Of a stretch of 64,000 nt of DNA, positions 25,452 to 35,591 are shown piece after piece. Numbering within the stretch: position 1 is the first letter of the stretch; each line of letters starts with the position of its first letter. The notes below the pieces were generated by a model. It ran no database searches. It was not told the origin of the DNA and saw only the letters and a list, made by a program, of their open reading frames with translations. Both the position numbers and the translations under genes were made by a program. This DNA comes from a phage, in sequence record PX670417.1; one strand, written 5' to 3'.

Positions 25452-25705
25452 AGTGTGATTTCTCCTTTCTTTATCATCTCTAAGGCTTGTTTTCTGTCTA
25501 AAACTTCCCAATTTTCTTTGTTAAACATGTCATAAGGTCTTGCATAGATTTTACCATCTGCTGTAGAGATGTAAGAGACACCAGCGACCCATGAGTCATC
25601 ATTTTGTTTTATCATCATATCTGTGCTACTCACATAGTACAGCGTTTTCCGAGGTTTATGGAGCAAATATATGGGCCACTCATGATTTGCTATTAAATCT
25701 TTCAT
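25448..25705 (-). CDS. Hypothetical protein between nrdA and nrdB (about 85 aa)
   Basis: Track ORF 25448-25789 trimmed to the ATG preceded by GGAGA. Confidence 0.4.
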   Translation of the reverse strand: MKDLIANHEWPIYLLHKPRKTLYYVSSTDMMIKQNDDSWVAGVSYISTADGKIYARPYDMFNKENWEVLDRKQALEMIKKGEITL

Positions 25706-25760
25706 AGTTTCTCCAAAGTTAATTTTAGAGGGTCTTTTACGACCCTCGTAGTTATTAAAA

Positions 25761-27995
25761 CTAAACACCACAACCCTCGCAATAAGCATCTTGCAGTGCA
25801 GATTTACCTACACCAATGCGACTGTTAAGGTAGTACATGGTTTTCATACCTACTGAGTTAGCATAAATCATGTACTTCAAAGCTTGAGCCAATGATACCT
25901 TCTTAGACTTTGCATAGTCAACATAGAAATCTGAAGAGATAGCTTGACCAGTGAACTTTTGAACAATTGCATAACAATCAATCAGGTCAAAGGTGTCAAT
26001 ATCCCAAGCAATTTCATAGACATACTTCAACTCTTCGTAATCTGGAACAATAAACAGTACGTTACCAGTTGCAGACTTTTTAGTTAAAATAAAGTCACGA
26101 ATTGGATACAAGCCGTTTGTCGTATTAGTTGCCAGTGAAGAACTCTCATTAGGCATGTAAGCTTCTAATACAGAGTTACGGATTCCACCATTTTCTTTAA
26201 TACGTTGTGCTAAGTCATCCCAATCATAACGAAGTTTTGCATCATGCTTCTCATCAATCTTCCTGTTAGCTGTCTTCGGAGGAACCCAACCTTCAGGATA
26301 CTTAGTGAACTGCATATACTCAGGCACACCACGTTCTTTAGCAAGTCTTAAAGAGGCTTCGTGTAAGTAGTAAGAGTGCATTTCAGCAAGCTCATGGAGC
26401 TTTGTCTTACCTGCTCTTGAAGAATAGTTCACGTAGTTTTTCGCAAGGTAATGAGCCACATTTGTAAGGCCAATACCAACAGAACGACGCTTCTGAACAT
26501 GGTTGCGCATCGACGGATACGGATAATCCATAAGGTCAATAACGGAGTCAACCATTGCAAGAGCATAATAAGCAACGTCAGCGTATTCATCTTCTGAAAT
26601 TCTCCCTGCAACCAAACTAGCTAGGAAGCAAAGAGCTACCTCACCATCCTCTTTCACAGCGTCATCTCTGTAAAGGTCTGTCTCTTTCTCAAAGCCGTAC
26701 ACTGGCAACACAATTTCCATACAAAGATTTGACATCTTCAAAGGCTCTTTAAATGGTGTATGTGTGTTTGCATTATTTGTGAAGAATGGATACACACGGC
26801 CTGTTGCATAACGCTGCTGGATAAACAGTTTAGCAATTTCACGAGCCTTTACTCGTCTGTGCTTAACACCTGAATGCACTGCATGACCAACTGCCATAGC
26901 AAACTCATCAGCAGATGCTGTGTAGAACATGTCATAGAGCTTTGGTGCATCCTTGTAAGAGAATAACAACCAGTCTGTATCATATTGAACACACTGCCAG
27001 AAGTAATCATTTGTACCAAATGAGTAGTCCATCTCGTTAATACGTTTCGAAGGAACCGTTGTAGGGTGCTTCAAACGCAGTAAATCTTCAATCTGCGGGT
27101 CTAGAGCAGTGTAGAAGTTGTTAGCTGAACCACCACGACTCTTCTGTTTGTTTGCCTCTACAGATGAGCGTACAAGCTTGTAATAAGGCAGTTTACCCAT
27201 GTGCTCAATAGTGTTTTGACGGATACCATCACCAATAGTGCGAGTCTCCATCAGCATACCAATACCAGCTTGCTTTGTGGTCATGTCATAGGCAACCTTT
27301 GCAGCAATACCTAGAGACTCAGCGGTATCATTTGCCTTAATCAAACAGCATGACGCATAACCTGATTTAGTAGCTCTTAAACCATTCAGATAAGGCGTAG
27401 GAGCATTAATCTTCAGGTCAGATAGGTAAGTGTACAGCTTGATAACATCTTGCAGTCTACGGTGCTTTGGTTGCTTCTCAAAGGCTTTCATAGCCATACC
27501 CATAAACATAAATTGTGGTGACTCAAAAAGTCTTCCCGTTTTAATATCACGGATACCATACTTGTCTCTGAACTGTTTCAAAACTGCATAACCGTAAGAG
27601 ATATCTTTTGAGTGCACAATGTACCCTTGCAGATATTCAAGCTCTTCCTGAGAATAGTCCATCTTCTCCCAAAGTCCTGCTCTCTCCATATTTTTAACGA
27701 AGGTAACCAGCGTAGGAACCTTAGTAAAGCCTCCAAAGGCTTCTTTGTAGATAATCCCCAGAAGTAGCCGTCCAGCCATGTCTGAGTACTCTTGAGTTTG
27801 TTTATCAACACAAACATCAATCATGGCTTGGTGCATCTCTTTTGTAGTGCAACCCTCGTAGACACGTTTCATGGCTTCCATAGTGACTTCTGACCAGATA
27901 ATTCCACGCTTATCTGCCCATGATGCCCACTTATTCAGTCTTTCTGGGTCAAAGTTTACTACTGTACCGTTTGATTTTTTAATTGTCTTAATCAT
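25761..27995 (-). CDS. nrdA: Ribonucleotide reductase large subunit (class Ia alpha) with N-terminal ATP cone, NrdA
   Basis: 744 aa; N-terminal ATP-cone-like segment; C-terminal CEGCG. Confidence 0.85.
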   Translation of the reverse strand: MIKTIKKSNGTVVNFDPERLNKWASWADKRGIIWSEVTMEAMKRVYEGCTTKEMHQAMIDVCVDKQTQEYSDMAGRLLLGIIYKEAFGGFTKVPTLVTFVKNMERAGLWEKMDYSQEELEYLQGYIVHSKDISYGYAVLKQFRDKYGIRDIKTGRLFESPQFMFMGMAMKAFEKQPKHRRLQDVIKLYTYLSDLKINAPTPYLNGLRATKSGYASCCLIKANDTAESLGIAAKVAYDMTTKQAGIGMLMETRTIGDGIRQNTIEHMGKLPYYKLVRSSVEANKQKSRGGSANNFYTALDPQIEDLLRLKHPTTVPSKRINEMDYSFGTNDYFWQCVQYDTDWLLFSYKDAPKLYDMFYTASADEFAMAVGHAVHSGVKHRRVKAREIAKLFIQQRYATGRVYPFFTNNANTHTPFKEPLKMSNLCMEIVLPVYGFEKETDLYRDDAVKEDGEVALCFLASLVAGRISEDEYADVAYYALAMVDSVIDLMDYPYPSMRNHVQKRRSVGIGLTNVAHYLAKNYVNYSSRAGKTKLHELAEMHSYYLHEASLRLAKERGVPEYMQFTKYPEGWVPPKTANRKIDEKHDAKLRYDWDDLAQRIKENGGIRNSVLEAYMPNESSSLATNTTNGLYPIRDFILTKKSATGNVLFIVPDYEELKYVYEIAWDIDTFDLIDCYAIVQKFTGQAISSDFYVDYAKSKKVSLAQALKYMIYANSVGMKTMYYLNSRIGVGKSALQDAYCEGCGV

Positions 27996-28011
27996 TTTTT
28001 AAATCCTACAG

Positions 28012-28036
28012 ATGAAAAGAGCCTCCGAAGAGGCTC
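28012..28036 (-). terminator. Intrinsic terminator (GAGCCTC-TTCG-GAGGCTC + T-run)
   Basis: Hairpin and T-run on the minus strand after ORF 28043-28381. Confidence 0.55.
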
Positions 28037-28042
28037 CCTAGT

Positions 28043-28381
28043 TTAAATCTTGAAAATTTGCTCATTCTGCCACATATCGTAAAACTTATCACTTACCTTT
28101 GTGACTGAAGATGTGTGCATACAATTCAGGGAGAACCATGATGATGTATTATTATCCATAATTGTTTCAAGTTTTTGTGTGACATTCACATCCATGTCTG
28201 CAACAACGTAATTGCCTCGCATTTTGCAAACAACTCTTCCAAACAAGATTGCACTTCTACCTCTTCGGTCATCACAGTACATAACTGTGTCTCCGTGCTT
28301 AACATCTTGTCCGATACTGTCAACACCTAACTTAGCACCTGAGATAATGTCATCATAAGATAACTTTTTTGCTTTAGACAC
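28043..28381 (-). CDS. Hypothetical protein (112 aa)
   Basis: ORF. Confidence 0.5.
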   Translation of the reverse strand: MSKAKKLSYDDIISGAKLGVDSIGQDVKHGDTVMYCDDRRGRSAILFGRVVCKMRGNYVVADMDVNVTQKLETIMDNNTSSWFSLNCMHTSSVTKVSDKFYDMWQNEQIFKI

Positions 28382-28706
28382 GGTATTTCTCCAAGTTTCT
28401 TTTTAGATATAACCAACCATAGTCAGTTCTTTCTACACCCATGAAGAGTGGAGCCATTACAACTTTACCAAAAGTATTTCTGTGTAGGCAGATTTCAAAG
28501 GAATATTCTTTCTCAATATCAATCCCATATTTGTACAGGACTGCTTTTAAAACTTGTTCATTATCCAGAAGTGTATCTGGAGTCTCACCATACTTCTCAA
28601 GTAACGGGTCATTCATAAACACCGTCATAGAAATATTGTAGTTTGAGAAGTGGCTCTTCTGAGCCACAACCTCTTTATTAATGTTCTGTGAATCCATTAT
28701 AACCAA
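28374..28706 (-). CDS. Hypothetical protein (110 aa)
   Basis: ORF. Confidence 0.5.
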   Translation of the reverse strand: MVIMDSQNINKEVVAQKSHFSNYNISMTVFMNDPLLEKYGETPDTLLDNEQVLKAVLYKYGIDIEKEYSFEICLHRNTFGKVVMAPLFMGVERTDYGWLYLKRNLEKYRV

Positions 28707-29433
28707 CCCCTTTTAACCAGCACTTCAGGTTATTAGCATCATAATTCAGTTTCGGGTATGAGGTTACATGGAACTGCTCACCATCATAGTAGACAATATC
28801 TGCAATCCATAGTCCATTCTCTTTACAGAAATCTTTATCTGCTTTAGAGGTAATTGGATTAACTTCTACAAAACCATCTACACCCAAATCCTTTAAGCTA
28901 CCTACAATACCTTTGCAGATAACGCATGTCTCAGATACTACCACAAAAAGTTCTTGGCTTTCAAGCTCTACAATGTATTCACCAAGCTGTACTTTAGGGA
29001 GATTTGATTGCTTCATAATCTTCCCATCGGCTGCACGGACAATCGCATACCACTCTTTACCATCAACCACTGACATTCTGATAATACACTCTTGACCAGT
29101 ACGCTTCTCAATATCTGCAAGACGTTTTAAAGCTTCTTCATAGTCATCTGTGTACTTCAGGTCATTATTATGGCAAACAGCTTTCATAGCACCGTTATGG
29201 TCATGTTGTGACAGGTAAATCAAACCGTCAAGAACATATTGCAAATCTGCCTGAGCATCAAGTGTCTCAATGGGGTCTTTCTCTTCAATTGCTTTCACAA
29301 GCTCTTTTGCTTCTTCCAGCATACATAAAGATTGAGACTTTAAAGATTCCCAATACTCGTCACTGTAAGGTTGCTTTTGAGTGTTCCCACAACGAAGGTT
29401 CCAGTTTTTTACTGATTCTCTTGAGTTAAACAT
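28678..29433 (-). CDS. Hypothetical protein (251 aa); N-terminal region weakly MazG-like
   Basis: LEEAKELVKAIEE ... DAQADLQYVLDGL resembles the EExxE...D motif of MazG-type NTP pyrophosphohydrolases; weak. Confidence 0.45.
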   Translation of the reverse strand: MFNSRESVKNWNLRCGNTQKQPYSDEYWESLKSQSLCMLEEAKELVKAIEEKDPIETLDAQADLQYVLDGLIYLSQHDHNGAMKAVCHNNDLKYTDDYEEALKRLADIEKRTGQECIIRMSVVDGKEWYAIVRAADGKIMKQSNLPKVQLGEYIVELESQELFVVVSETCVICKGIVGSLKDLGVDGFVEVNPITSKADKDFCKENGLWIADIVYYDGEQFHVTSYPKLNYDANNLKCWLKGVGYNGFTEH

Positions 29434-29672
29434 TCGGACTCCTTAAAATATTTGTTAACCTTTAGCTCTCGCGTTTCAATATATTCCAGATGCTCACGTA
29501 GCTCTTGACGTTTAAGCATTAGGTGCTGCATTTGAGATTCAACAGCTTCAACTTCTTTAATTATTGACTCTCTGGCATTTGCAAGAATGCGCTCAAGTTC
29601 TTCAATCTTGCTGTCAACTTTTGCTACATGACTCACAGCTTTACTTTTGTTAAACATTTTATTCTCTCTCAA
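29409..29672 (-). CDS. Hypothetical coiled-coil protein (87 aa)
   Basis: Heptad-like charged sequence. Confidence 0.45.
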   Translation of the reverse strand: MRENKMFNKSKAVSHVAKVDSKIEELERILANARESIIKEVEAVESQMQHLMLKRQELREHLEYIETRELKVNKYFKESECLTQENQ

Positions 29673-29678
29673 TAGTTA

Positions 29679-30176
29679 TCAAGCACAGTTTGCTTTCATT
29701 ACCTTATGGATTCTTTTTTCAGCATCTTCATAAGTTTCTTTAGTAATAAACTTAATTGCTGCAATATTGGCATTGTAGAAGAGTCTGAGCTTAGAGTCAA
29801 TCCTTTTTGTCATTACATCGAATTTATGTTGGAGGTTTGCTTCACCATAAACTAGGCCACCTTTCGTGTAGTAGGTTTGGATAATGTAAAAGTCAAAAAA
29901 TTCCTTTCCAAAGTTCTCGATATCTTTTTTAATATACTCAGAAGAAGTCTCATAAGTCATCCAATCACTCTCCTTAGTGACTACCTTCTTCCGAGTCTTG
30001 CCAGCAACTTTTCTTTTGGTCACACTATTAAGCTGTTTCTTTCCGATATAATATTGTCCAGTTTTCTTACAGTGTACTAAATAGACAAAACCAAAATGTT
30101 TAGTGGGGTCAACTTCCCCACATAAAGATACCCAATGTCCATAGGTGGGACAATTGCCAAATCCTTTAATCTTCAT
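29679..30176 (-). CDS. GIY-YIG family endonuclease (165 aa)
   Basis: FGFVYLVHCKKTGQYYIGKK matches the GIY...YIG motif spacing. Confidence 0.5.
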   Translation of the reverse strand: MKIKGFGNCPTYGHWVSLCGEVDPTKHFGFVYLVHCKKTGQYYIGKKQLNSVTKRKVAGKTRKKVVTKESDWMTYETSSEYIKKDIENFGKEFFDFYIIQTYYTKGGLVYGEANLQHKFDVMTKRIDSKLRLFYNANIAAIKFITKETYEDAEKRIHKVMKANCA

Positions 30177-31206
30177 TCATACACGGCTCCCAATTATATT
30201 TCTTAAAAGAGAAATTATCTTTTGGATTTCTCTCTTGATATGCTATCCAGAAATGCTGTTCCATTAACTCTAATGGTGTCTTTGTAACAGTCTGTCCATC
30301 CCATGATACATAGGTGTAAGACTCTTTTTTAGCATAGAGTTCATAGATAGCATCAAGACACTCTTTGTAGGTCTCTTTACCATCTAAAGCATTCATCACA
30401 GCTACTTTTCCAGCACCTTTAAGTCCGAAGTAGTTGTCTGCATTATCTCCAGCAACAGCCTGATAACACAAGAATTTAAAACCTACACCAACTGTTTTTG
30501 CAGCTTTTGGTTTTGATTTGATAGGGCAATCCCAGATATCACCAACATTATTGTCAGCAATAAAAATTAGTGGTGACTTTTCATAAGTCATATCAATACA
30601 GTAAGTACCTTCAGCTTGTCGAAGGTCTTTATCAATACTCATAAGAGCAGCTTTCTTACCCATCTTTTCAGCTTTAGCAATTACGATTGAATCGGCTTCG
30701 AAGCCACCCCTTAAGAGCTTGAACTCTGGTCTGGATAAAAGATATTCACGACAAGCGACTAAGTGTGTTGGTGTGACAGCATCTTTACGGTTACCTTGAT
30801 ATTGGTGCTCAAGACCTTTAATATCTTTATGTTTATGTACACCCTTCTCTGTTAAATAACCTACCCAAGTTCTTTCTTTACCAACAACCTTAAGCCATTC
30901 CTGAAGAACCTGTTGAGTCGCCATGATAGCTTCTTTTTCACTCTTAGCTTCTTTCCAAGTCTGTCTTTCCCATTCATCTTCATCAAATGTTAGGCCAAGC
31001 TCTTCTACAAGGATTCTCTGGTCTGCTAACCATCTTGCAGCATCTTTTGCATTATCAAATGGTTCAGATTCTTCTGCTGTGAGTTTATTGACATATTTAT
31101 ATTTTGCTTTCTCAACTACACAAGCACCTTTATAGGCAATACTGTCAGAGTCAATAAAGACATGTGTAACTGAATCGGGAAGTTTTGTTAGCGTATACTT
31201 CTCCAT
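30166..31206 (-). CDS. 5'-3' exonuclease / RNase H (FEN-like)
   Basis: VFIDSDSIAYKGA, SIDKDLRQ and AGDNADNYFGLKGAGKVA resemble the FEN/Pol I 5'-nuclease metal-binding and H3TH motifs. Confidence 0.6.
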   Translation of the reverse strand: MEKYTLTKLPDSVTHVFIDSDSIAYKGACVVEKAKYKYVNKLTAEESEPFDNAKDAARWLADQRILVEELGLTFDEDEWERQTWKEAKSEKEAIMATQQVLQEWLKVVGKERTWVGYLTEKGVHKHKDIKGLEHQYQGNRKDAVTPTHLVACREYLLSRPEFKLLRGGFEADSIVIAKAEKMGKKAALMSIDKDLRQAEGTYCIDMTYEKSPLIFIADNNVGDIWDCPIKSKPKAAKTVGVGFKFLCYQAVAGDNADNYFGLKGAGKVAVMNALDGKETYKECLDAIYELYAKKESYTYVSWDGQTVTKTPLELMEQHFWIAYQERNPKDNFSFKKYNWEPCMNED

Positions 31207-31268
31207 TGTGACTCTCCATATGAAAAAGCCCCATACTAAGTACAGGGCTTTAAAGTAACTTTTAGAGA

Positions 31269-32126
31269 TTAGTCTTCTGTATCGAAGTCTTCATCTTCTT
31301 CGTCATCTGGGTCTGGCAAGTCTTCATCGTCACCATCATCAGAGTTATTCGAAGGTTTGTGGTCTGTTGCGTCTTCTTCAGTGATTTCACCGTTATCTTC
31401 AACGCCGTCAAGACCAAGCATAGCCAGTTCGTCTTCATCCAGTTCAGGTTCACCGTTAGCACCGTTACCACCAGTGTAAGGTACAAGGGTATCAATGATA
31501 AACTGTTCCTGAATAGGTTTTGTCAGAACATTGTTCTCAAAAGTGTAGAAGTGAGTAGAAAGAATCACACTACCGAAAGAACCGTTACCGACTGCAATAT
31601 CTGGATGAATTACATCATAGTTCTTGTCATCTTCATGTTTATCAGATGCTTGAGCTTTGATTTTCTTCATCGGCTGTTTAACAGCTACACGCTTACCATT
31701 TACTTCTTCAATCAGCATTACAGGGAATGACTGTTTAGCTGTCCACACAGCACCATCCTTATAAGCTGCTGCACGACTTACTTTCAGGATGTAGTAAGTG
31801 TCTGCTTCAAATGGTGGTTTGCAACCAAACTTCTCTTCGAAGTCATCTGCATCAACTGCTTCAGTAGTAACTTTATCCCAACCTTCTGGGTTTTTCTTAG
31901 ACTTAGTGAACTCTTTAAACAGTTTGTTACCATCTTCTGCCAGAATTGAAACACTGTAGTTGCAGTCTTTGCCTGGGAATTTCTTATCAATGGATTTACC
32001 TTTTCCCGGACGTGGTGAAGTGTTCAGGTAATAAAACCAAACATCTTTCAGCAGGTAACGCAGAGTTTGACGTTCAGTACCGTTGTACTTCTCTACCGGA
32101 GCTTTCATTTTAACAACTTTAGACAT
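31269..32126 (-). CDS. Putative single-stranded DNA-binding protein with acidic C-terminal tail (285 aa)
   Basis: Highly acidic C-terminus ending DEDFDTED; position within the replication cluster. Confidence 0.5.
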   Translation of the reverse strand: MSKVVKMKAPVEKYNGTERQTLRYLLKDVWFYYLNTSPRPGKGKSIDKKFPGKDCNYSVSILAEDGNKLFKEFTKSKKNPEGWDKVTTEAVDADDFEEKFGCKPPFEADTYYILKVSRAAAYKDGAVWTAKQSFPVMLIEEVNGKRVAVKQPMKKIKAQASDKHEDDKNYDVIHPDIAVGNGSFGSVILSTHFYTFENNVLTKPIQEQFIIDTLVPYTGGNGANGEPELDEDELAMLGLDGVEDNGEITEEDATDHKPSNNSDDGDDEDLPDPDDEEDEDFDTED

Positions 32127-32198
32127 TATTTAAACCTCTATCTCAATTTATGAAGAGTACCAATTCTAGTTTGTTGATACTCTATTGTCAAATATTAA

Positions 32199-32348
32199 TT
32201 ACTGGAAGTTGTGCTTATCTTTAGAAGCTGCTTTACGTGCAGTTTTTCCAGTTCTTACACGTTTCTCTTCATAGTATTTTGCTGGTTTGCCAGCAGTGGC
32301 TTTTAAGGAATCCCCAAAAACTTTTTCAAATGCTTTAGAGTGTTTCAT
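32199..32348 (-). CDS. Small lysine-rich basic protein (49 aa; not in ORF track)
   Basis: Hand translation MKHSKAFEKVFGDSLKATAGKPAKYYEEKRVRTGKTARKAASKDKHNFQ; GGAGA RBS; ATG overlaps the upstream stop. Confidence 0.3.
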   Translation of the reverse strand: MKHSKAFEKVFGDSLKATAGKPAKYYEEKRVRTGKTARKAASKDKHNFQ

Positions 32349-32638
32349 GATATTCTCCGATATACTTGATATTCAAACACATTTTCTTTAATTATAAACA
32401 GCCAACTAATATTATGCTTAGGCAGTGCAATGATGACTGTAATCGTGCTTTGGTAGAAATCTTCTTTTATCTCAACCTCCCCATTGCATTTCATGAGGAG
32501 CATTTTATAGAACCTATCAATCTTTGTCAAACACTCTTCCTGAAATTTATTTAAACTTTTTTCTTCAAAGAAGGGTATAAACCCCTCTCTTTTATAACTA
32601 TCACTCAGTTTCAAACGGGCAGTCATCTGCATCCTCAC
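32345..32638 (-). CDS. Hypothetical protein (97 aa)
   Basis: ORF. Confidence 0.45.
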   Translation of the reverse strand: MRMQMTARLKLSDSYKREGFIPFFEEKSLNKFQEECLTKIDRFYKMLLMKCNGEVEIKEDFYQSTITVIIALPKHNISWLFIIKENVFEYQVYRRIS

Positions 32639-34592
32639 TTAATACAGGTGGAATCGTTGAGCTTTGACGCTGTTCTTCAGTATAGACTTCACCAGTCTCG
32701 CGGTCAAACACTTCATCCTCATAATGAGGTAAAGAGTCATCGTAATGGTCTTCAGCTTCACCAATACCAAACTGTTGGCGAATATTTTCTGCTGCACCAT
32801 CAATATCAACACCACATCCAGAAGCTTTGATAAGACGTCCTGTATCTGGATTGTACCAAGTATGACCAGCAATACCTGTTGATTTACCATGACGACGACA
32901 CTTAGTTAACTTGATTTTTGTCAAGTTTTTCTTAACAGGGTCTGGGTCAACCTTGTTACGCATTAACAAAATGTTATTCATGGAAATCTGAAAATACGCA
33001 CCAGAACCCTTGATATCCTCTTCAGAGATATCCCCACCTTCAGAGTTAGCTTTCTGACCACCTGCACTCTTACGAACGTGACATACGTTTACCTGTGCAT
33101 ACTGGTAGCGTTTGCAACGACGCAATAGCTCAGACAAGACTTCCTCTTCATCCGTATCAGAACGTGACAGAGCCAACGTAATAGGGTCAAGAATGATAAT
33201 CTTACAGTCTAAACTATTAACAAGATAGTCAACAAATTCCAGCAGGTTATCTTGGTCAATTGCCCCTTGATGGTCAACGATATGGATACGACGACCTTTA
33301 GATAGTTCTGCGTGCGCTCCCTTTAGCTCATCCCAATCACGTTCATCATAAGGAATCTCAGAAATCTGCTTGCTCAGGTGGATTGCACAGAGCATTTCCA
33401 TCAACTCTTCATAGGTATCTTCTACAGGAATTACACCGATATTATAATCAGTTTCTTTCCAAGCTGAATAAATCATCTCACGAGTGTAAGCTGACTTACC
33501 TACTGAAGATGGTGCTGCAATAGTTGTAATCTCGCCTAAACCATAACCACCATAAGTCAACCTGTTCAAATCCCCGAAAGATTCTGGGAAAGGAATCAAT
33601 GGAATCTGACCACGATTCTTCATTGCCTCAAAACCATCTGCGAAGTTCTTGATACCAGCAGGGCAGTAACGAGGTGCATTGTAGATACGCTGCTTAAATC
33701 CTTCCAGAACTGTATCTTTCTCTTTATAGAACTTTGTCCACCATTCATTAAGGTCTTTTACGCCTTCTGGATACTGGAATAAACGAACCTTCTCAATAGG
33801 AAGGATACCAGCAGCCTCTTTGGTAGCTTTAGCACCTGCTTCATCGTTATCAAAGCACAAGTAAATCTCATCAAAGGATGTGATGTACTGATAGTTGTCT
33901 TTGATAGACTTAATGTTTGCACCTGATGGAACAGATACGTGACAGTAATTCTTACGACGAGACTTATCTTTAATTGCCAGAGAAGTCATGTAGATTGCCG
34001 TGGCACACTCCATCTCACCTTCCCAGATGAATAGGCGGTTACCACCTTCTGGAGCAATCCATGAACCGAACATTGCCAGTTCACCTTTAATGTCTCCAAC
34101 ACCACCTGAAAAGTCTTTTAACTTTCCACGTAGATGTTCTTTTGGGTGGTCTTCTGGGTAACGGTGACGAACACGGTAGCCAACATGTTCTAGCTTGCCA
34201 TCTTCATTGCGTTTGTACGTTGGGTAGAAATGTGCGTCAATTTCACCGTCACTGTCAATGTCAACCTTGATACCTAAACGTTCAAGGACTTTTGCAGGAA
34301 TCTTCCTGTCTTTCAAGTCCATTGCTTCTAGGTTTTCTTTTACATCATCTAAATCCATTCCACGGAAAGTACGATTTTTATTATCTGAACCGGTAGAATA
34401 AGTGCTCACGATTTGTCCTTTATCAAAATCCCACTCTGGGAAACCTTTATTACAACTAAAGCAAGTCATCGAATAAGAATCATCGTCATGATGGTAGATT
34501 GAACCAGCATCTGATGAACCACAACGTGGACATGCACAATGACCAATAAACTGACCAGCCTCTTTCAATTTACGACCTTTAGACATTAGCAC
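32601..34592 (-). CDS. Bifunctional DNA primase-helicase (T7 gp4-like)
   Basis: N-terminal zinc ribbon CPRCGS...CFSCNKG; DnaB-type Walker A AAPSSVGKS. Confidence 0.8.
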   Translation of the reverse strand: MLMSKGRKLKEAGQFIGHCACPRCGSSDAGSIYHHDDDSYSMTCFSCNKGFPEWDFDKGQIVSTYSTGSDNKNRTFRGMDLDDVKENLEAMDLKDRKIPAKVLERLGIKVDIDSDGEIDAHFYPTYKRNEDGKLEHVGYRVRHRYPEDHPKEHLRGKLKDFSGGVGDIKGELAMFGSWIAPEGGNRLFIWEGEMECATAIYMTSLAIKDKSRRKNYCHVSVPSGANIKSIKDNYQYITSFDEIYLCFDNDEAGAKATKEAAGILPIEKVRLFQYPEGVKDLNEWWTKFYKEKDTVLEGFKQRIYNAPRYCPAGIKNFADGFEAMKNRGQIPLIPFPESFGDLNRLTYGGYGLGEITTIAAPSSVGKSAYTREMIYSAWKETDYNIGVIPVEDTYEELMEMLCAIHLSKQISEIPYDERDWDELKGAHAELSKGRRIHIVDHQGAIDQDNLLEFVDYLVNSLDCKIIILDPITLALSRSDTDEEEVLSELLRRCKRYQYAQVNVCHVRKSAGGQKANSEGGDISEEDIKGSGAYFQISMNNILLMRNKVDPDPVKKNLTKIKLTKCRRHGKSTGIAGHTWYNPDTGRLIKASGCGVDIDGAAENIRQQFGIGEAEDHYDDSLPHYEDEVFDRETGEVYTEEQRQSSTIPPVLSEDADDCPFETE

Positions 34593-34779
34593 CTCTTCGT
34601 TGTAGTTCTGCCTTCAATCCGTTTTCAATCTTGTCCAGTTCATGAATTTCGTCTGCAATCTCTTTCCTTCGTGATTCAACTCTCTTAAGACGTTCAACCA
34701 TTACCTCATCGGAAAGAGATGAGAGTTCCACTAAACGATGGTCAATAACTTTAAAATTATCTTTTACTCTCATCTTCAT
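34579..34779 (-). CDS. Hypothetical coiled-coil protein (66 aa)
   Basis: ORF. Confidence 0.4.
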   Translation of the reverse strand: MKMRVKDNFKVIDHRLVELSSLSDEVMVERLKRVESRRKEIADEIHELDKIENGLKAELQRRGANV

Positions 34780-34787
34780 TCTCTCTT

Positions 34788-35531
34788 TTAAATTTTCAGG
34801 ATAGCTCTTAGCTTGCTTTCAAGGTCTTCAAGAGTACCATTATTATGGATAATGTCACGCGCATATTTGGTAGAAATTCCATTTTCTGAAACATGTGATG
34901 AAACTTTATCCACATTGTCTCTTTTTACTTCAATAGTTTGGTGTGCAAATCTGCTCAACCACTCAGCTTCAGAGTCAAACCTTAAGTCACTGATTAAAAC
35001 AACACCTTCTTGATTTCTAAGTGAACAAGATTCAAAGAATCGAACCATCCGTTTTTCGAGGTCTTTAGACCAGAACTTGTCACCCATAACTTTACGGATA
35101 ACTTCAGTGCCCCAAATCTGTTGAATTTGCCTTGATGAGAATTTATACTTTTTACTAAACCCCAGACGTGTCAATATGGTCGGTTTAGCGACCTTCTTAA
35201 GCTCCATGATTAATCGTCCTGTTAGCTCCGACATAAGCTTAAAGTCCATATGGTAACGTTCATCTCTGAAGGTGAACTCAATAGCTTCCGTAACTTTAGG
35301 CATAAGTTCAGAGTATGCTAAATCAAAAACCTGTGGAGTCTCTTTAGTTTCGCCGTAAAGGTCATTCCATGTCAAGTCAAATATCTTTGATGCAGATAGT
35401 TTAAGATTGTCTGCATAGGCCATTACTGCAACATTGTAGCCATACTCATCTTCTAAGATATTCTTGACAATAGAACATGAGGTATCCTTTCCAGAACGTG
35501 CTTTTCCAGTAAATGCGATAATATTACTCAT
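34788..35531 (-). CDS. Deoxynucleoside monophosphate kinase-like protein
   Basis: P-loop FTGKARSGKDT, close to the T4 gp1 GVKRSGKDT motif as recalled. Confidence 0.55.
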   Translation of the reverse strand: MSNIIAFTGKARSGKDTSCSIVKNILEDEYGYNVAVMAYADNLKLSASKIFDLTWNDLYGETKETPQVFDLAYSELMPKVTEAIEFTFRDERYHMDFKLMSELTGRLIMELKKVAKPTILTRLGFSKKYKFSSRQIQQIWGTEVIRKVMGDKFWSKDLEKRMVRFFESCSLRNQEGVVLISDLRFDSEAEWLSRFAHQTIEVKRDNVDKVSSHVSENGISTKYARDIIHNNGTLEDLESKLRAILKI

Positions 35532-35591
35532 TTTATCCCCTTAATTACTAAAAAGCCCCCAATTAAGGAGGCTTGTAAGATTTATAAATGC

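Noticed and set aside
35539-35568. Hairpin CCTTAATT...AATTAAGG upstream of the dNMP kinase gene as a terminator
   Set aside because: No T-run follows on the transcribed strand and it overlaps the RBS; more likely a translational or structural element, so not called a terminator.
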